A stretch of 63,892 nt of DNA, filler included, from Intoshia linei (lineage: Eukaryota > Animalia > Orthonectida), in NCBI GenBank assembly GCA_001642005.1. It is 10 parts of 10 records of this genome, joined end to end, with 100 filler letters (N's around TTAATTAATTAA, not from the genome) between each part and the next. Parts side by side here need not be neighbours in the genome. Positions count along the whole stretch, not along the records: positions 22,625 to 38,588 come from LWCA01000884.1; positions 38,689 to 41,389 come from LWCA01002240.1; positions 41,490 to 45,062 come from LWCA01002068.1; 7 more parts are not named here. One strand, 5' to 3'. Under the pieces are notes generated by a model. That model did not search any database, was not told the DNA's origin, and saw nothing but the letters and a program-made list of their open reading frames with translations. Position 1 is the stretch's first letter, and each line of letters starts with the position of its first letter. The translations under genes were made by a program, and so were the position numbers. This document shows positions 28,265 through 42,381 of the stretch, piece after piece.

Positions 28265-31200
28265 TTATTTTTGGTGCAATTCGTTGAATCGTCTCAATTC
28301 TGTTTTTTCTCTAATTTTCTTAATCAATAGCAATGATAATCTTTCTTTTTCTGTTTTTTTGATATTTTTGAATGTATCCTTATCTATTGGAGCTCCAAAT
28401 ACTTCAATCTATTTTAATTTAAATCTGGATCAATAAAAGTGTTACCTCTGCTTCCTTCACATCTTCTTGATGTTCAATTATTGCTTGAATTGATTCTTCG
28501 TTCAAATCGTCTTTTACTCGGCTTTCACCGTGACACACTAAAATATTTAATTACATCAAGTTTTATTTATTTGTTTATTAATTCGCTTACATTGATTTAC
28601 GGCGATATTGGCTTTTTTAAGGAATGATGTAATTATTTCTTTTATTACAATTTTCTCCTTGACTATATGTGGTTTTTCGGCTTCTGGGTCACCTATTAAT
28701 GAGTTTGTGGCTAATGATGGAGCTGGTACGGGTGGAACAAACAATGATCTAATTATTGTTTTATTTTAATTATTATTACAGAATGATATGTAAATATGTA
28801 AATGGACCAGGAAAAGTCGAATTAAAAAATTTCCTTACCTCTATTCTAAACAAAAAAAATATAGTCTAATTTTCGTCGTCCCCATAACCACCAATGACTT
28901 TAAATGTATTGGTGGACTTGATGGGTGATCCATGTTAAAAATATTAGTTCAAAATTGGTTCACAGACCCATTCGTAATAATAAAAAATTTATAAATGTTA
29001 AGGTTCATGTGGATCCACAAATAATTATGTTTATAATATAAATGAAAAAAATCACGCAATCTCAGATTTGAAAGATTGAACACTTGGCGATCTTGATCTT
29101 ATGTTGAACTAAAAACATAATGATTAACAAAACAAACAAAAAAACAGTTTTATATCTTTTTAATTCATCTATTTCTCTTCTCAATTGTTGTATAATTTGT
29201 TTAGATCTGAATTGATCGCGTAGTCTTTCAATTTTTTCATTTTCTAATTTTTTTTCCATCATATCAGTATCAGAGGATCTTATTGGTAGAGAAGCTATTA
29301 CTTGTTTTGGTACATCATCTTTCTTTTTTAGTTCTCTACGCATGTATTATTAAAATAATCTTATTACGAACATTTTATGTATCGTTTCTTGGTCTCTTCT
29401 TTGCTTTTCTATAAATTTTTTTCGTATTCTTTCATTATCTAATCTCCTGCTTTTTAAATTTTCCAAATATGGTAATGTTCCAATATCCCATAAAATCCAA
29501 GGTTTTATATTCACTATAATAATTGTATTATTAAATAATCATATCCAATACACCAGACGGAGAAATGTTTAGTGTTGGAACATTGCAAAAATATAATACA
29601 CTATATATTTGAGAATAGCCGAACCTACCTTACTCCGAGATCCCTCCTCGGCACCTCAACGAAAATTTATATGTGGGTATATTTTTAAAATATACCCAAA
29701 TGGTGACCTCATTTTTGATTTTTATTTATCGACTTAAGACTCGATTTAGTGTGGAATCGATAACATTACAATAGCGTAAAAAAAAGTGAAAAGTTAACCA
29801 CTTTTTTCATTATTTTAAGTTTTTCTATATAAAATGAGTTATATCCAGGAAAAAAGTTAACTTTCGATCGAAAAAAATAAAAAAGCGTACAATGTTCTCT
29901 GAAAAATATGAATAAAATTTTAAACGAAAAATTAGATTCACATTTTTCACAATTTTCATTTCGTTCATAATAAAAATTGTATTTGTCAATTTGGAGTGTC
30001 TGCTGATTAATAAAATTTTTTTTATATATAAAATAATTTAGTTATAAATATATGTCTGTTCATTTATTTAAGAAAGTAGTAGGCGTAGAGTTTTAATAAT
30101 ACCCATTTTTAATACAGTTTTTCGAGGGTGGTATTTTATCGAAAATTTCATTTTCAGAAATTGAGTGATTCAAGGTCAAACACCCTAATGATTTTTTTTT
30201 TAAAATTCAAACGAGTCCTAGAATTATAAAAAATACACAATCTGATAAAGATTTTAAAACCATCAACATTATCATAAATCACAAAAAAGTTTATTCACAT
30301 CCATAACCCCAAATGACCCCAAAAAATTTCAGTTTGTCAAAGTAACGCCTTCATGATTAAAAAAGCATTTTAGTATTCATTTCAACATTTAATTTCAACA
30401 AATCAATCAAAAACCAATTAAACCGAGTCACCTGAACCATATAATTTACCATGTGTAGAGAATATAGCCTCATTTTTATTTTATCAATGAAAAATTTACA
30501 ATAAAAAATACGACACTTGGTCTTCCCAGGCAATCACCCATCCAAGTACTAACCAGGCCCGAAGATGCTTAACTTCTGTGATCGGACGAGAACAGGTGTT
30601 TCCATCTTGATAATGATTTCTTAATTAGATATAAATATACTATACAAAATCAAATTGATAACTCCTTTTATCAAATAAATTTCAGTTCTTAGTAAATATT
30701 TAACTAAATATTAGTAATGCGACGATTCCTAAATTTTAACGATTACGATGCGATTTTACATACTTATTAATCATACTACATTGTATTTTATTTATATTGA
30801 TCTTATTATATTATTATCTTATTTTGGGCCTTTTGTAGAATAAGCCTGCTAGAATAAACTTTTAAATTTGAACTTTATTTAATTTTTAAAAAATATAACT
30901 TTTGTAAATAAATGTATTCAGTTTTATTAGAATATTAAAATATGTATAATTACTTAGTTAAGAATATATGCATTAAGTGATTAATTACATTATTGCGATA
31001 AATAAAAATATTTATTGAGGGTATAATTTACAAATATAAAATCCATTGTTGAGGGTATACTTCACCGCGATTGTACTTCCGCTTGGTAAACTGATTTTCG
31101 TCAATTCGTTCGTCAATCCCCTCCCCTCCTATTTTTTAATGTAATCCCTCATAAAATTTTTCCAATCAACCGCAGTTTTGGTAGACATTTTCAGGTCTTT

Positions 31201-34200
31201 TTCAAGAAATGTATGAGACGTTAATTTACAGGACCAATAGTAAATAAATTGAATTATTTTTTTTAACACAATATAATATACATTAAATCAATATATACCT
31301 ATTGATAATTTACTTTTCTCGAAAAAGCTAGAGTGACGTAACTAAATTTCAGTTTTACACGAACATCTCCATCTGTGACCGTCATTGCAAGATACATCTG
31401 ACGATATCAGACGAGACAAGTCTTAGAACTGCCTAATAAGACTACATTTCTGCAATAAATTATTGTTTCAGTAGTATTTCTTATAATTTGGAAAGATTAA
31501 ATTCATTTAATTCATGCATATCGGGTGAAATATAGTCAATTTAGTATGTATTACGTAAGTTACATATTTTTTAAAATTAAATAAAGTTCAAATTTAAAAG
31601 TTTATTCTAGTGGGCTTATTCTACAAAAGGCCCCTTATTTTTTTATAAAATAAACTCAATTATTGTTGCGTCACACCTTAACACTACTCATGGCGTACAT
31701 GTTAAGAATCACTGGTTTAATGTATTGACTATATTTAAATTAAAAATAAAATTCTACTTACAATTTTCAAAAGATAATTGTGTTGTTGATAAATCCGTGG
31801 ATATACATTTTTGTAGATTTTCAACAAACGGTGATAGCTAAAAAAGATTGATTTATTCAGAATCTTTTAATTTTATATTCGATTTATAAATATTGTATAC
31901 AAATTTTGTATTCAATTTTTATTATTTCAATTCTTGAATTAGAGCATCAATCAAATAAACTCAAAATAGGGCTTACACGAAATATTTTTGGTATTTAACG
32001 GCGAAAAAAAATTTAATTTTGCGTCAAAATTAAACTCTGTAAAAATTACTATAAAAGTCATATTTGAGTAAATAATTAAAATGAAGCATTTCATTCATAA
32101 AATATATGGTGTAATACACTTACAAAATTAGTAACATGTAAATAAAACAATAAAATTACATTATAATAATTATTATTTGTACAATATTTACCTGTACGCT
32201 AAATTGTGTTACAGTCAATTTGTTGCTAATATTAATTAATTTTTGTTGAAATTCTGTCTAAAAATAAAAGTGTAAATATTTGATAGAATCAAAGTATCAA
32301 TCTATGTAATTAGTAATTATAATGCAATTTAAATATATAATTTTTAAACTAAATGTTGTGCACCCGCTGATTCATTAATTAGAATTAATACAAAAACAAT
32401 CATACATCAATATTTAAAGTAGTAAACTAATTACATCAATTTTTTCTATGTTTGGAACCACCAATGATATGTAAATGGCAGATACGTAAACTAATAATTG
32501 ATCTGTATAATTTTTTGAATTGAATCCAATAATATACTGATCCCATAAAAACATTGTTACATGGGATTGACAATATCCCACAAAATAACACGACAAAACT
32601 GGTAATATGATAAAACAAATGGTATCTAATAATAATTGATTTTGTTCGTTTTCTTCTCTAAAATTATAATTAATATTATACAATTGTAGCTGAATAAAAA
32701 TTGGATTTAAAAAGGTTTCGATGCATTAAATTTTTTAATTTATGTTTTATTGAATATTTTATTTTTTTTAAATGAATTTGTAATGCATTGTAATTTGTAA
32801 CATATTTTTCATTACATTTTATATTAACGTTAACTTAAATTAAAATTGAATAAAAAAAAGGTAATATTTTAAACACGTGTTTTCATTCTTTTATTCTAGT
32901 TAATTGAAATGCTGACTTATAAATGAAAAGTTACACCAAAAAGTTTATAAAACCCGGTTGAGAACCCCTTGTTTAAAGAATACATTAAACAACTTGAAAT
33001 TTAAGTAAAATTACCCATCAATTTTAAGATTAAAATTTTTGACGATATTTTTAATAGTTTCGGGGTTATTTTTATGTAAATGATCCAATATTTGATTACA
33101 AAATTCTGATTCTGCTTTAGCCTATAAATCATTAAAATAAATGAATAATTTTTATCTCATCTCTAAAAAAATTATGTACCAATAATATTAACCTTTTCAT
33201 TTCCAAATAACTCTGGTTTTGTGCTAATAAATGATAAATATAATTCAGTAATCCGAACAAGCATATTTGGACTAGTAAATTCAGATCTAAATTAACATTA
33301 TTCCAAAATTTTAAACAATTTACTGTCCATAATTATCGTACATGTTTTGAATAAACGGCAATAAAAATAAGTAATGCGATTTTAAAATGGTATTTTCTTT
33401 ACCAGGTTTTAATTCATTGAGTTTAAAATATTGTAATATCGAACACATTGTTTTATGTATTAAAGAAGAGTTCGCCAAATCGGGATAAAATTTTGAATCC
33501 AATATCCATTTACAATAAGATTGGATTTTTGGTTCCACTGTGTTTAAATCTCTCTTTGTTTCCGTAAAATAACATTTTAATTTTTTTCTTACTAAAAAAA
33601 TGGTATTAAAGGAATTCAAATTGATCAAAATTTAATTTACGTGTTGTATTATCTAGCAAAATTTTCCAAATAACTTTTCTGAATCCATTGGTCAATGGTT
33701 GGTTTATAAATACACCCAATCTTGCAGTCAAATGAGGCCATCTAGTCAAAATTGCAGAACTAGCTTCAATAATCTCTGTCAATATTAATTCGGGTTTTGT
33801 ATTTAAAGTATATTCTGATCTCATCACATTTTCGACGCTTTCATTTATTGAGTTCAGTATTTGTAAATGGAGTCGATCTGTCAATTGTTTGTGGAAGTCA
33901 CTTTTAGATAGTACTGCTATTTGGGAATCTATTAATGAATATTTTTCTTCGCTTGATAAACGGCCAAATTTCAGTTCTTTTCCATTTTGTTTCAAGTTTT
34001 CACTCAAAGATACCGAAAAATTTTTTATGTAATCGGACCATTCCTAAACGCAATTTTAGTTAATTTTATTACAAGAATTTACAGTAATGTAGTTTATATT
34101 TTTTTAGTTTTTATGTTGTGGACTTTATATAAACGGTTTTTGCTATAATTATAATATTATTATAATAATATGGTTAAATAAAAATAATAATTATCAAATA

Positions 34201-36720
34201 AAAAAAATGAATACTAAAGTGCTTTTTTGACCGTGAAGGTGTCACTTTGTCATATTTAAATTGTTTGTGTTTGTTAACTGTATATAACTGTATCAGTTGT
34301 AATTTTTTTAAAAATTATCTATAATTTTATAGGATTATATTCATTTTTAAAAAAAAGGTACTTTGGAGTTTTTGTTGAGACGATATAAGGTTTTTAAATT
34401 GAAATGTATCATAATGGTGATAATTTTAAAATCTTTATCATATTAAGTATTTTTTATAATTATTATAAAATTATTAAAATTAATATCGTAACTTATATAA
34501 AATGCGACGCGATTTTTGTTTGTCTGTCTGTGTGTCCTACTTTATTGAAATAACTAGCACTCTTAGAATTTTTTGAAGACCACGTTTCAATTAGTTTTTT
34601 CCGGGCGTATAATAAGATAAATTTCAATCTCGCAATTTCACATTTTAAGGGTCAAAAACCCCTGTTGTCCCTCTTTTTGATAATTAAACGAGTTGGAGAA
34701 TTTAAAAAATATATATGCTGATTTTAAAATCATAAACATTATCATAAATTTAAATTTAAACAAATTATACCTTCATGGCCAAAACCCCAAATTCCCTTTC
34801 TTTTTTTTTGAAAACAGCCATAAAATTTCAAATGATTTATAGGTGGTAGAGTTGTATCATGTTAACACATATAAAAAATTTCAATCCGAATAAATGATGA
34901 CTTCATGGTCAAAAAAGCATTTTAGTATTCATATATTTTTTTTCCGAAATATTTTAAAACCAAAAATGTAAAATAATTAACGCTCCAAAAATTAAAAAAA
35001 GGATTTTCTGATAGAGCTTATTCCAGTTAATATAAATACAAAATTTCAACCCCAGAAATCAACCGTTCCCGGTGAAAAATAATTTTTAATATATTATAAA
35101 CCAATATTTTTCAAATATTTCGATTAAAATTGAAAATGTAAATATTGATCCTACAATTTCAAAAACAATGTGGATTGTACGTTTACACATTTCCAGTAAA
35201 GACATATGGGTGAAAATCTATATAATTGATTCCTTCGGAATTTTTTTCATTGCTACGCAATTTTTAAATTTCAAATTATCATTTTCAAAAAATTTTGTAA
35301 ACTATAATTAATTTATGACACAACAGCAACATAATATAAAATATAAAATTAAATTTATACTAACTGAAAACGTGTTATTTTTTTACTCATTAAAATTTGA
35401 AATAAAATGACAAAAAGAAAAGCAATATTCATTAGAAAAAACGCCAAAATTAAGAAGATGAGACGTCTTATTAATTATACCAAAAAAATAAATTCACGTT
35501 GAAAATCTAATAGTACGGTAATACATTTTTGGTAGTCTTTTTTTAATGGATTCATAAAAGTGATTTGAACCATAAACTTTATTGAAAAAATAAATATTCA
35601 CATAAAACCACCAAATTGAATTATAATTTATTGAATTTATCGTACTTATTATAATGAGCATGGATATTTCGAGTTTAGATCATTGAGATGTATATACCAT
35701 TGTGCAACCGGCAGATGTTTTTTTCCAAAAAGGTGTGTATAAATGGAGATGTTCAGCCCCGTGTAGCAAAGTATTATCGATAAGTTAAATTTTTTTAAAA
35801 AAGTTTTTATTTTAGATTTCAAATCTTATACAGATTGTTATAATATAATGTAACAATTAAACATTAATTATGTATTTTTTAATTTATTGATTAATTGTCA
35901 TTCCTTTTTCTGTACTTTCTTGTTATTTGATTAAAAATTAAATTTATTAATATTATTTATAGTATAAAATACAGTTTTATAACAATTGGAAATAAATTAT
36001 CGATAAAATTAGAAAATACGTCGAGAGTAAATTTTTATCTTGTCTATTTGTACACTAAAACAACTTTTACTATCACTGAGGTATATTGTTAACAAACAAA
36101 CAAAATTTTATTTTCTCAATAAAGTTTATATAAAATCTTCAAACTATTGGCTCTAAAATACGAAAGACACGATTTAATTTATAATGTTAAAATTAAAATG
36201 TCGGCCCTCGGCAGAGCTAGGTGCTGTTTGTACATAGTACAAATCAGCCAAGCTCGTTATTGTATATTTTCATTTTTTCTAGGACTCACTTGAATTAAAA
36301 AAAGGATAATTGGGGTTTCTGATCTTGAAGGATTGAATTTCGAGTTTAATTTTGGCAATTAACTAGAAAATCATCTGCGATCGACAGGTTGGGTATCCCT
36401 GCTGTATGTTATCAACGAATATTTTGAAAATTTTTGAATTAAAATGAAAAATTTAAATATTTATCTTACAATTTCAAAAAAATAGGTATTGACCGTATGG
36501 CTTTCAATTTCATAAACTGATTAATTCTGTTTTTATATCATTGCTACACAATTGATGTTTAATTTTATTGAATTATCTAATAATTTCATTCCTATTAATT
36601 TTTAATCAAGTGAATATATTCTTATAAAATATAATTTTAGATTTTAAATAAATTTACCTGCGTTTTACGTATATTCGTCTTTGCAATTTCTAACCAAGAT
36701 GGATATACTGCTATATCCAT
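28265..36720 (-). CDS. Multi-exon uncharacterised protein with TBC/Rab-GAP-like fold and coiled-coil C-terminus
   Basis: First exon MDIAVYPSWLEIAKTNIRKTQ (36720-36658) splices in phase 0 to EWSDYIKNF (~34044). Later exons include QPLTNGFRKVIWKILL and MFLWDQYII (TBC-like), charged helices, and IEVFGAP...HQK* (stop at 28265). Not all internal junctions were verified. Confidence 0.6.
30509..30615 (-). rRNA. 5S rRNA-derived sequence, 5'-truncated (likely pseudogene)
   Basis: Minus strand reads ...TCTCGTCCGATCACAGAAGTTAAGC...GGGCCTGGTTAGTACTTGGATGGGTGATTGCCTGGGAAGACCAAGTGTCGTA then TTTTTT (Pol III terminator). The 5' strand of helix I is missing. Confidence 0.88.
30826..31633. mobile_element. Non-autonomous DNA transposon with ~75-bp TIRs and 8-bp TSD
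   Basis: GGGCCTTTTGTAGAATAAGCC...AATAAACTTTTAAATTTGAACTTTATTTAA is inverted at 31575-31633; flanked by CTTATTTT on both sides (30818-30825, 31634-31641). Confidence 0.8.
34486..35290 (+). mobile_element. Non-autonomous Helitron copy (5' part; a matching 3' end lies at ~36200-36256)
   Basis: A|TCGTAACTTATATAAAATGCGACGCGATTTTTGTTTG start; body is homologous to 11266 and 46061. Confidence 0.65.
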
Positions 36721-37186
36721 TTTAACATTTTTAAATTAAAATAACTAGGATATATAAACAAACATTTAAATTTTAAATTATGTATTGGTTGGTTTACTAC
36801 TTGTCGGCTAAAAATGGACCATAATAGAAAAAATTAAATTATTTAGGTTGAGGATTAAGGAAATATAGAGGATTCCGCATGAATTACAACATGGATAAAC
36901 GCTGTTAAAATTAAAAAATCACGGTCACTGAAAGTGATTTTAAGATGAAATTAAAATACATATATGAAATATACACCATAATGGTCATTGATCACTGATC
37001 AGAAATAAAATGTTGAGACTCGTAATAGCTGGTCATAGAGTTGCACAGGATTGGTATTATTGAATTCCTGTATAAATAATACTGTAACCGAGAGAAGGCC
37101 GTGGACACCTACCATATACCTTTATAAAACTGATAAATTAAAAAATGCATAATATTTATTAATATAATTTTTAATTTCATTATGTG

Positions 37187-38130
37187 TTAATTTAACAAAT
37201 TAGCTAGAAATAATACAACTTCTTCATATCTCAATATAAAAACATGTTGATCAATTTTGTCATCCAATGTAATTTTTTTTCGGTTTTCCGTCTTGGTATA
37301 CTTTGTACATAATTCTAAACCTAAACAAAGATTTTAGTTATTAAACGAAAATTTTTAATTGATAATAAAATATTAATAATAATTACTGCTTTCTTCAACA
37401 CTCCCGTCTCCAGTAGTTACATCTACTGTACCTTTATCATAATTATATGATAATACAGTATGGGGTGTCGTTGTTATTCCGTATACGCAGTATAACGTGA
37501 ATGGAGAATTTTTACCACTCGATTCCAGAAATTTTGTTAAATATGTAAACAATTCTTGCATTTTTTTTTGATATTTTTTGTATTCATTATAACGACGCGA
37601 GCCAATGATCCACTCCAAATTGTGCATAGTATAATTTTTTCCAAATTTCGTCAATAACGTTTTAGAATAGTTTGGAGATTTTATATTAGACATCAACAAA
37701 TACATGGTGGTGCATAATCGCAAAGTATGTTTTAATAGTATTGAAAGAATGAAATTTAAATCAAATTTACTATGAAATTGCCCCGTCAAGTATGCAAATA
37801 GTGACTCTGTTGCTCCACCTAAAGGACACGAAATCAACACGACACTTTTTACGTTATCTCTTACTAATTCATTATTCATTTTAGACAATGCTAGTAATGT
37901 CATTATACCTCCATACGAATGTGTAACTATCATCTTTTTTTTTTTACTTTTTTTAAATATATTCTCTAGTTGGGTTTTGATGTAATCTTCTATTTAATAT
38001 CAACATTAGACTAAATGATGGTTATATTACCGGAAGGTACTCTAAAATCATATTCTATTGCAAACATTGATTCCTCTGAAACATAACCATTTACTTTTAA
38101 TTTGTCAATAAATTTATCAAACATTGGAAC
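37187..38130 (-). CDS. LCAT / group XV phospholipase A2 family acyltransferase (3' exons; probable upstream exon at ~43585-43700)
   Basis: PMFDKFIDKL..NGY...FAIEYDFR, nucleophile IVTHSYGG, ISCPLGGA, LYCVYG, GDGSV (Asp), QHVFIL (His); stop at 37187. Candidate upstream exon IFWMHYY...IDKSCLISR. Confidence 0.8.
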
Positions 38131-39543
38131 TAAAATTTAAACTAAATATAAATAAAAATTCTAAACTTATGCTTATATTTACAGTAGAGAATAATTTTTA
38201 GTTTAATAAAATACCTTTACATTTTTGGTTTAGGAAACTAACCTCAACTATCATATCTATCATAACTTTAAAATGGCCTTGTGACTTTTTATAACTAACA
38301 AATTACCAGTTTGTATTCATTTTTCAATTTTTTAATTTACCAACCTTTTTTTATGCAGGATATAAAGAAAATTTTGTCAAGTTGTAAAATCAAAAAAACA
38401 AAAGAAAATAGTGTAAAGAATCATAATTCTGATAATTATTCAATTTAAAACTTATTTTATATATATTATTAATTTTAAAAACAAAAAGAAATTTAATTAA
38501 TGAAACTAACACGAATCTAGATTGAAATTTACACATTTAATTAGAAAAAAATTTATTTATTTTAGATTGTTGAAAAAGTGTTTTAAAANNNNNNNNNNNN
38601 NNNNNNNNNNNNNNNNNNNNNNNNNNNNNNNNTTAATTAATTAANNNNNNNNNNNNNNNNNNNNNNNNNNNNNNNNNNNNNNNNNNNNAAATTTAATTAA
38701 TATAATATGTTAATTAACATATATATGTATTTAATTATAAAAAACATTAATAATAATATAATAAATAATTCTCACTTTGAACTTAGTTGAAATTTTTCCT
38801 CTCATTTTGGATGTAATTATTCTTACATTGATAATAGCTATTTTTACATTGACTGACTATTCTTACTTTGAATGTAAATATGAAAATTTTCAAAATGAGT
38901 TTATATTTTTATTTCGAAACAATATTATGGTTAAATGAACCTTATAATAACATACGTATATTTTTAATAATCTAAACTCAGAAAATTCGAATATTTGTAT
39001 TAAATATACACCTTAATTTAAGGCTTAAATGTAAAAAAATATATTATAGGTTGTGCGATTCAACGATATTACGTTTCGCGTTAATTACAATTTAATTGTT
39101 GGTCAAAATATACCAGAAACCTTTAATAATTTGATTATCACATTGATAATTGATATTATCACATTGCTTGTAGTTATTTTATCGTCTTGCAAAATGTTAT
39201 TACATTGATTTGAGTTATTATCACATCGGTTGTAATTATTATTATATTGATAGTGATATGGTATAAAAAAATATGATAATTTCGCCTTGTAATTTTTATA
39301 TCTTAAAAAAATTTATTGATTGACAATTTAAAATTATCGCACTGATTGACTGTGAAATTATTGCAATAATTGCATTTTCCATGCATTGTCTTATTTATCA
39401 TTCTTACTACAAATGTTCATTAAATATTTTATATTTTTAAAAATATCTCCAAAATTCCTCAAATGGTTGAAAGAACCATGGATAATTTACAAAATTCTTG
39501 TTGGTAATAATCAACCCATTTTTCATAGCAATATATATTATAA

Positions 39544-40210
39544 CTAGGTTAACTGTTATGTACTACGTACAAACAGCACCTAGCTCTGTCGATGGCACAT
39601 TTTTATTATACCAAAAAAATAAATTCACGTTGAAAATCTAACTTAATGTTAGTAGTCTTTGTTGTAGTTTTAATTTAAATTATATACAAAACGTTTTGAA
39701 AATGAAAATTTAAAAATTGCGTAGCAATGAAAAAAATTCGAAGGAACAAATTATATAGATTTTCACCAATATTTCTTTATTGGAAATGTGTAGACGTTCA
39801 ACGCACATTTTTTTTAAATTGTAGTCAATATTTAAATTTTCAATTTTTATTTTAATCGAAATATTTGAAAAATATTAGTTGATAAAAATATTAATGCGTA
39901 AAATTGTGGGGTCGATATTTTGTTTTTATATCAACTGGAATAAGCTCTATCAGAATAATCTTTTGGTTTAATTTTCGAACCGTTAATTATTTCACATTTT
40001 TTGATTTACAAATAATTACCACAAAAATTTTTGTTAATAAAATATTTCGAAAAAAAATATATGAATACTAAAACACTTTTTTGACCGTGAAGGCGTCACT
40101 CATTCTGTTGTTTGATATTGAGATTCTAAGACTGGTAGTTATTGAAATAAACGACAACACTCACACATACAGATCACACACGATAACAAAGCATATTATA
40201 TAAGTAAGGA
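39544..40210 (-). mobile_element. Non-autonomous Helitron, complete ends
   Basis: Minus strand A|TCCTTACTTATATAATATGC...CTAG|T with 3' hairpin. Confidence 0.75.
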
Positions 40211-41489
40211 TGTTGTAATTCGTAATTATATTCTTGTAATGCACTGTATTTAACCAACATGCACTGGAAAAGTTTTGATTATGAGATATAATAATATAAT
40301 TTAATGATCTTATGATCTAATGAGATATAATTTGGCTTATTTAATGAGTTTGACTACAAAATTGAAATTTAATAACGCATAGTGTTTTTTATAAAATATA
40401 AATATCTGAAAACAATACATCATTTCTTTTTTTAAATCAAGCATAACATTTTAACAATACAAGGTATACTTAATATATATATGTACAGTAGAGTGTCACA
40501 TCAAATATTTTTTTCAAGAAATTCAAAAACATACCTAGTAGATTAGATGTAATCTGAAAAAAAAATGACAATCCGATGAATAATTTTGAAAAATACTCAT
40601 TAATGACTCAGCGTTGATCAATTAAGTAATCAACAAAAAACAGCTAAATTTAAGTTTATTTTCATGTTTTTCTTAATTTTTTTTTACAAAAAGTAAAATT
40701 CATACTTCGTTTGTGTTGAAAATTTAACAATGTTTGTTTTAATGTAAGTGGCCAGATTTTTAACGTACTAAATACGTACTAGTTACTTAGAAACCAAAAT
40801 GAAATTAAATTTAAAATTTCAGTCGAAATTGAATTTACATTCAGTTAAAATTAATATTTATTTATACATTTATATTACATTAGTAATTATCATTAGACAT
40901 AATTTTTAGACAAAAATCATTGTTATTTAGTATACATTTATAAAAATCAGAAGTATTTTTTTGACTATTTTGAAATAATTATTAATTAGAAATTAAATTT
41001 GTTTTACTTTAAAATTGAAATTTCACTTTTGAATTTGAAATTGAAAAATATTGATAAAGTGTGCTTTTAATATAATTACAATTGAGAAAGATTATTTCAA
41101 ATAATTACAAATTAACATAGAAATTATCGAGTACGTTCTAGTACGTATTTTTTCAAGTTAAAAGACGTACTTTTGCAAAAATACGTATATCTGGCTACTT
41201 TAATTTAACTCCAAATAAACTAAAATTGACGTAATTGAACGTGACTATATCGAGATATCACTGTATTATATTTATCCTAACTTACATTGTTATGTATAAT
41301 ATGCATTGTATATAAAACTTTTTGTTTATTTATCTGTCTGTTTTATCGTTTATTTTAATAAATATTAATAATATATTATATATATATATNNNNNNNNNNN
41401 NNNNNNNNNNNNNNNNNNNNNNNNNNNNNNNNNTTAATTAATTAANNNNNNNNNNNNNNNNNNNNNNNNNNNNNNNNNNNNNNNNNNNN

Positions 41490-41795
41490 GAAGTATTACC
41501 ACATCCACCGTATTCACCAGACTTAGCACCATCTGATTATTACTTATTTAAAGCTATGAGTAACCATTAATATGGTAAAAAATACACTTCAAATGAAGGG
41601 TTAAAATTGGACAGAAAAGTTTTTGTCCAATAAAGTAGCGATTTTTTATGCTAATGGTATAAATAGACTACCGGAACGTTGGAAAAAGACTGGAAAAAGC
41701 AATGGTGAATATGATAATATAACTTTATTTTTAATGTAATCAAATAAACTTTTTCATTTTGTTAAAAAAACGACATTACTTATGAAACGACTTAA
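41490..41795 (+). mobile_element. Mariner transposase 3' remnant
   Basis: EVLPHPPYSPDLAPSDYYLF motif followed by a stop; later FYANGINRLPERWKK. Confidence 0.85.
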
Positions 41796-41899
41796 TAATA
41801 GATGGACATGATTCGACCGATTACAATAAATTCTGTTTCATGTGAAGAATATATCTAACTAGGTCTAGTAAATTAATCTGTCAAACTGATGCCTTTTGT

Positions 41900-42380
41900 A
41901 ATACATTTAGTATTTTATATGAAAAGCTGGTTTAAAAACAAAATATGAACTAAAAAATTAGTTTTTTCTACGGATCATTGAAATCGTCGGATGTATTTTT
42001 AAAATTTTATGAAAAAAACGATGCTGTTAATTATATTAATATTGTGGGTCTCATGAAAAAATTATTCAATTAATCAATCATAAGTCCGAATTGTTATCTA
42101 ATGCATCACAAAAATAAATATCTACCCTTAATCCTGAACAAAAAGATGCATTTAATGCATTAGAAAATATTATTTCATTTTTTTTGATAACAAATGATAA
42201 GACAATTACATGGATTTAATCGAAGAGTTATTAATAAACTGCCTTTATAGCATAAAAATGCATTACCTAGAATGTCATTTAGATTTCTTTGCGTTAAACT
42301 GCGGTATGTGGTCAGACGAAAAGGGTGAACAATTTCATCAAACTATGGTGTTATATGAAAGACGTTTTGGAAGATGTAGA
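41900..42380 (+). mobile_element. Chapaev-like transposase C-terminal remnant
   Basis: SIKMHYLECHLDFFALNCGMWSDEKGEQFHQ matches the recalled 'KxHFL.SHLDFF..N.G.VSDEHGERFHQ' motif; interrupted by a hAT element. Confidence 0.6.
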
Positions 42381-42381
42381 C

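Noticed and set aside
39120-39260. Short repeated 'ttatcacattga' units that superficially resemble an array
   Set aside because: Irregular degenerate minisatellite or TE subterminal repeats in a eukaryote; no constant repeat-spacer structure, so not CRISPR.
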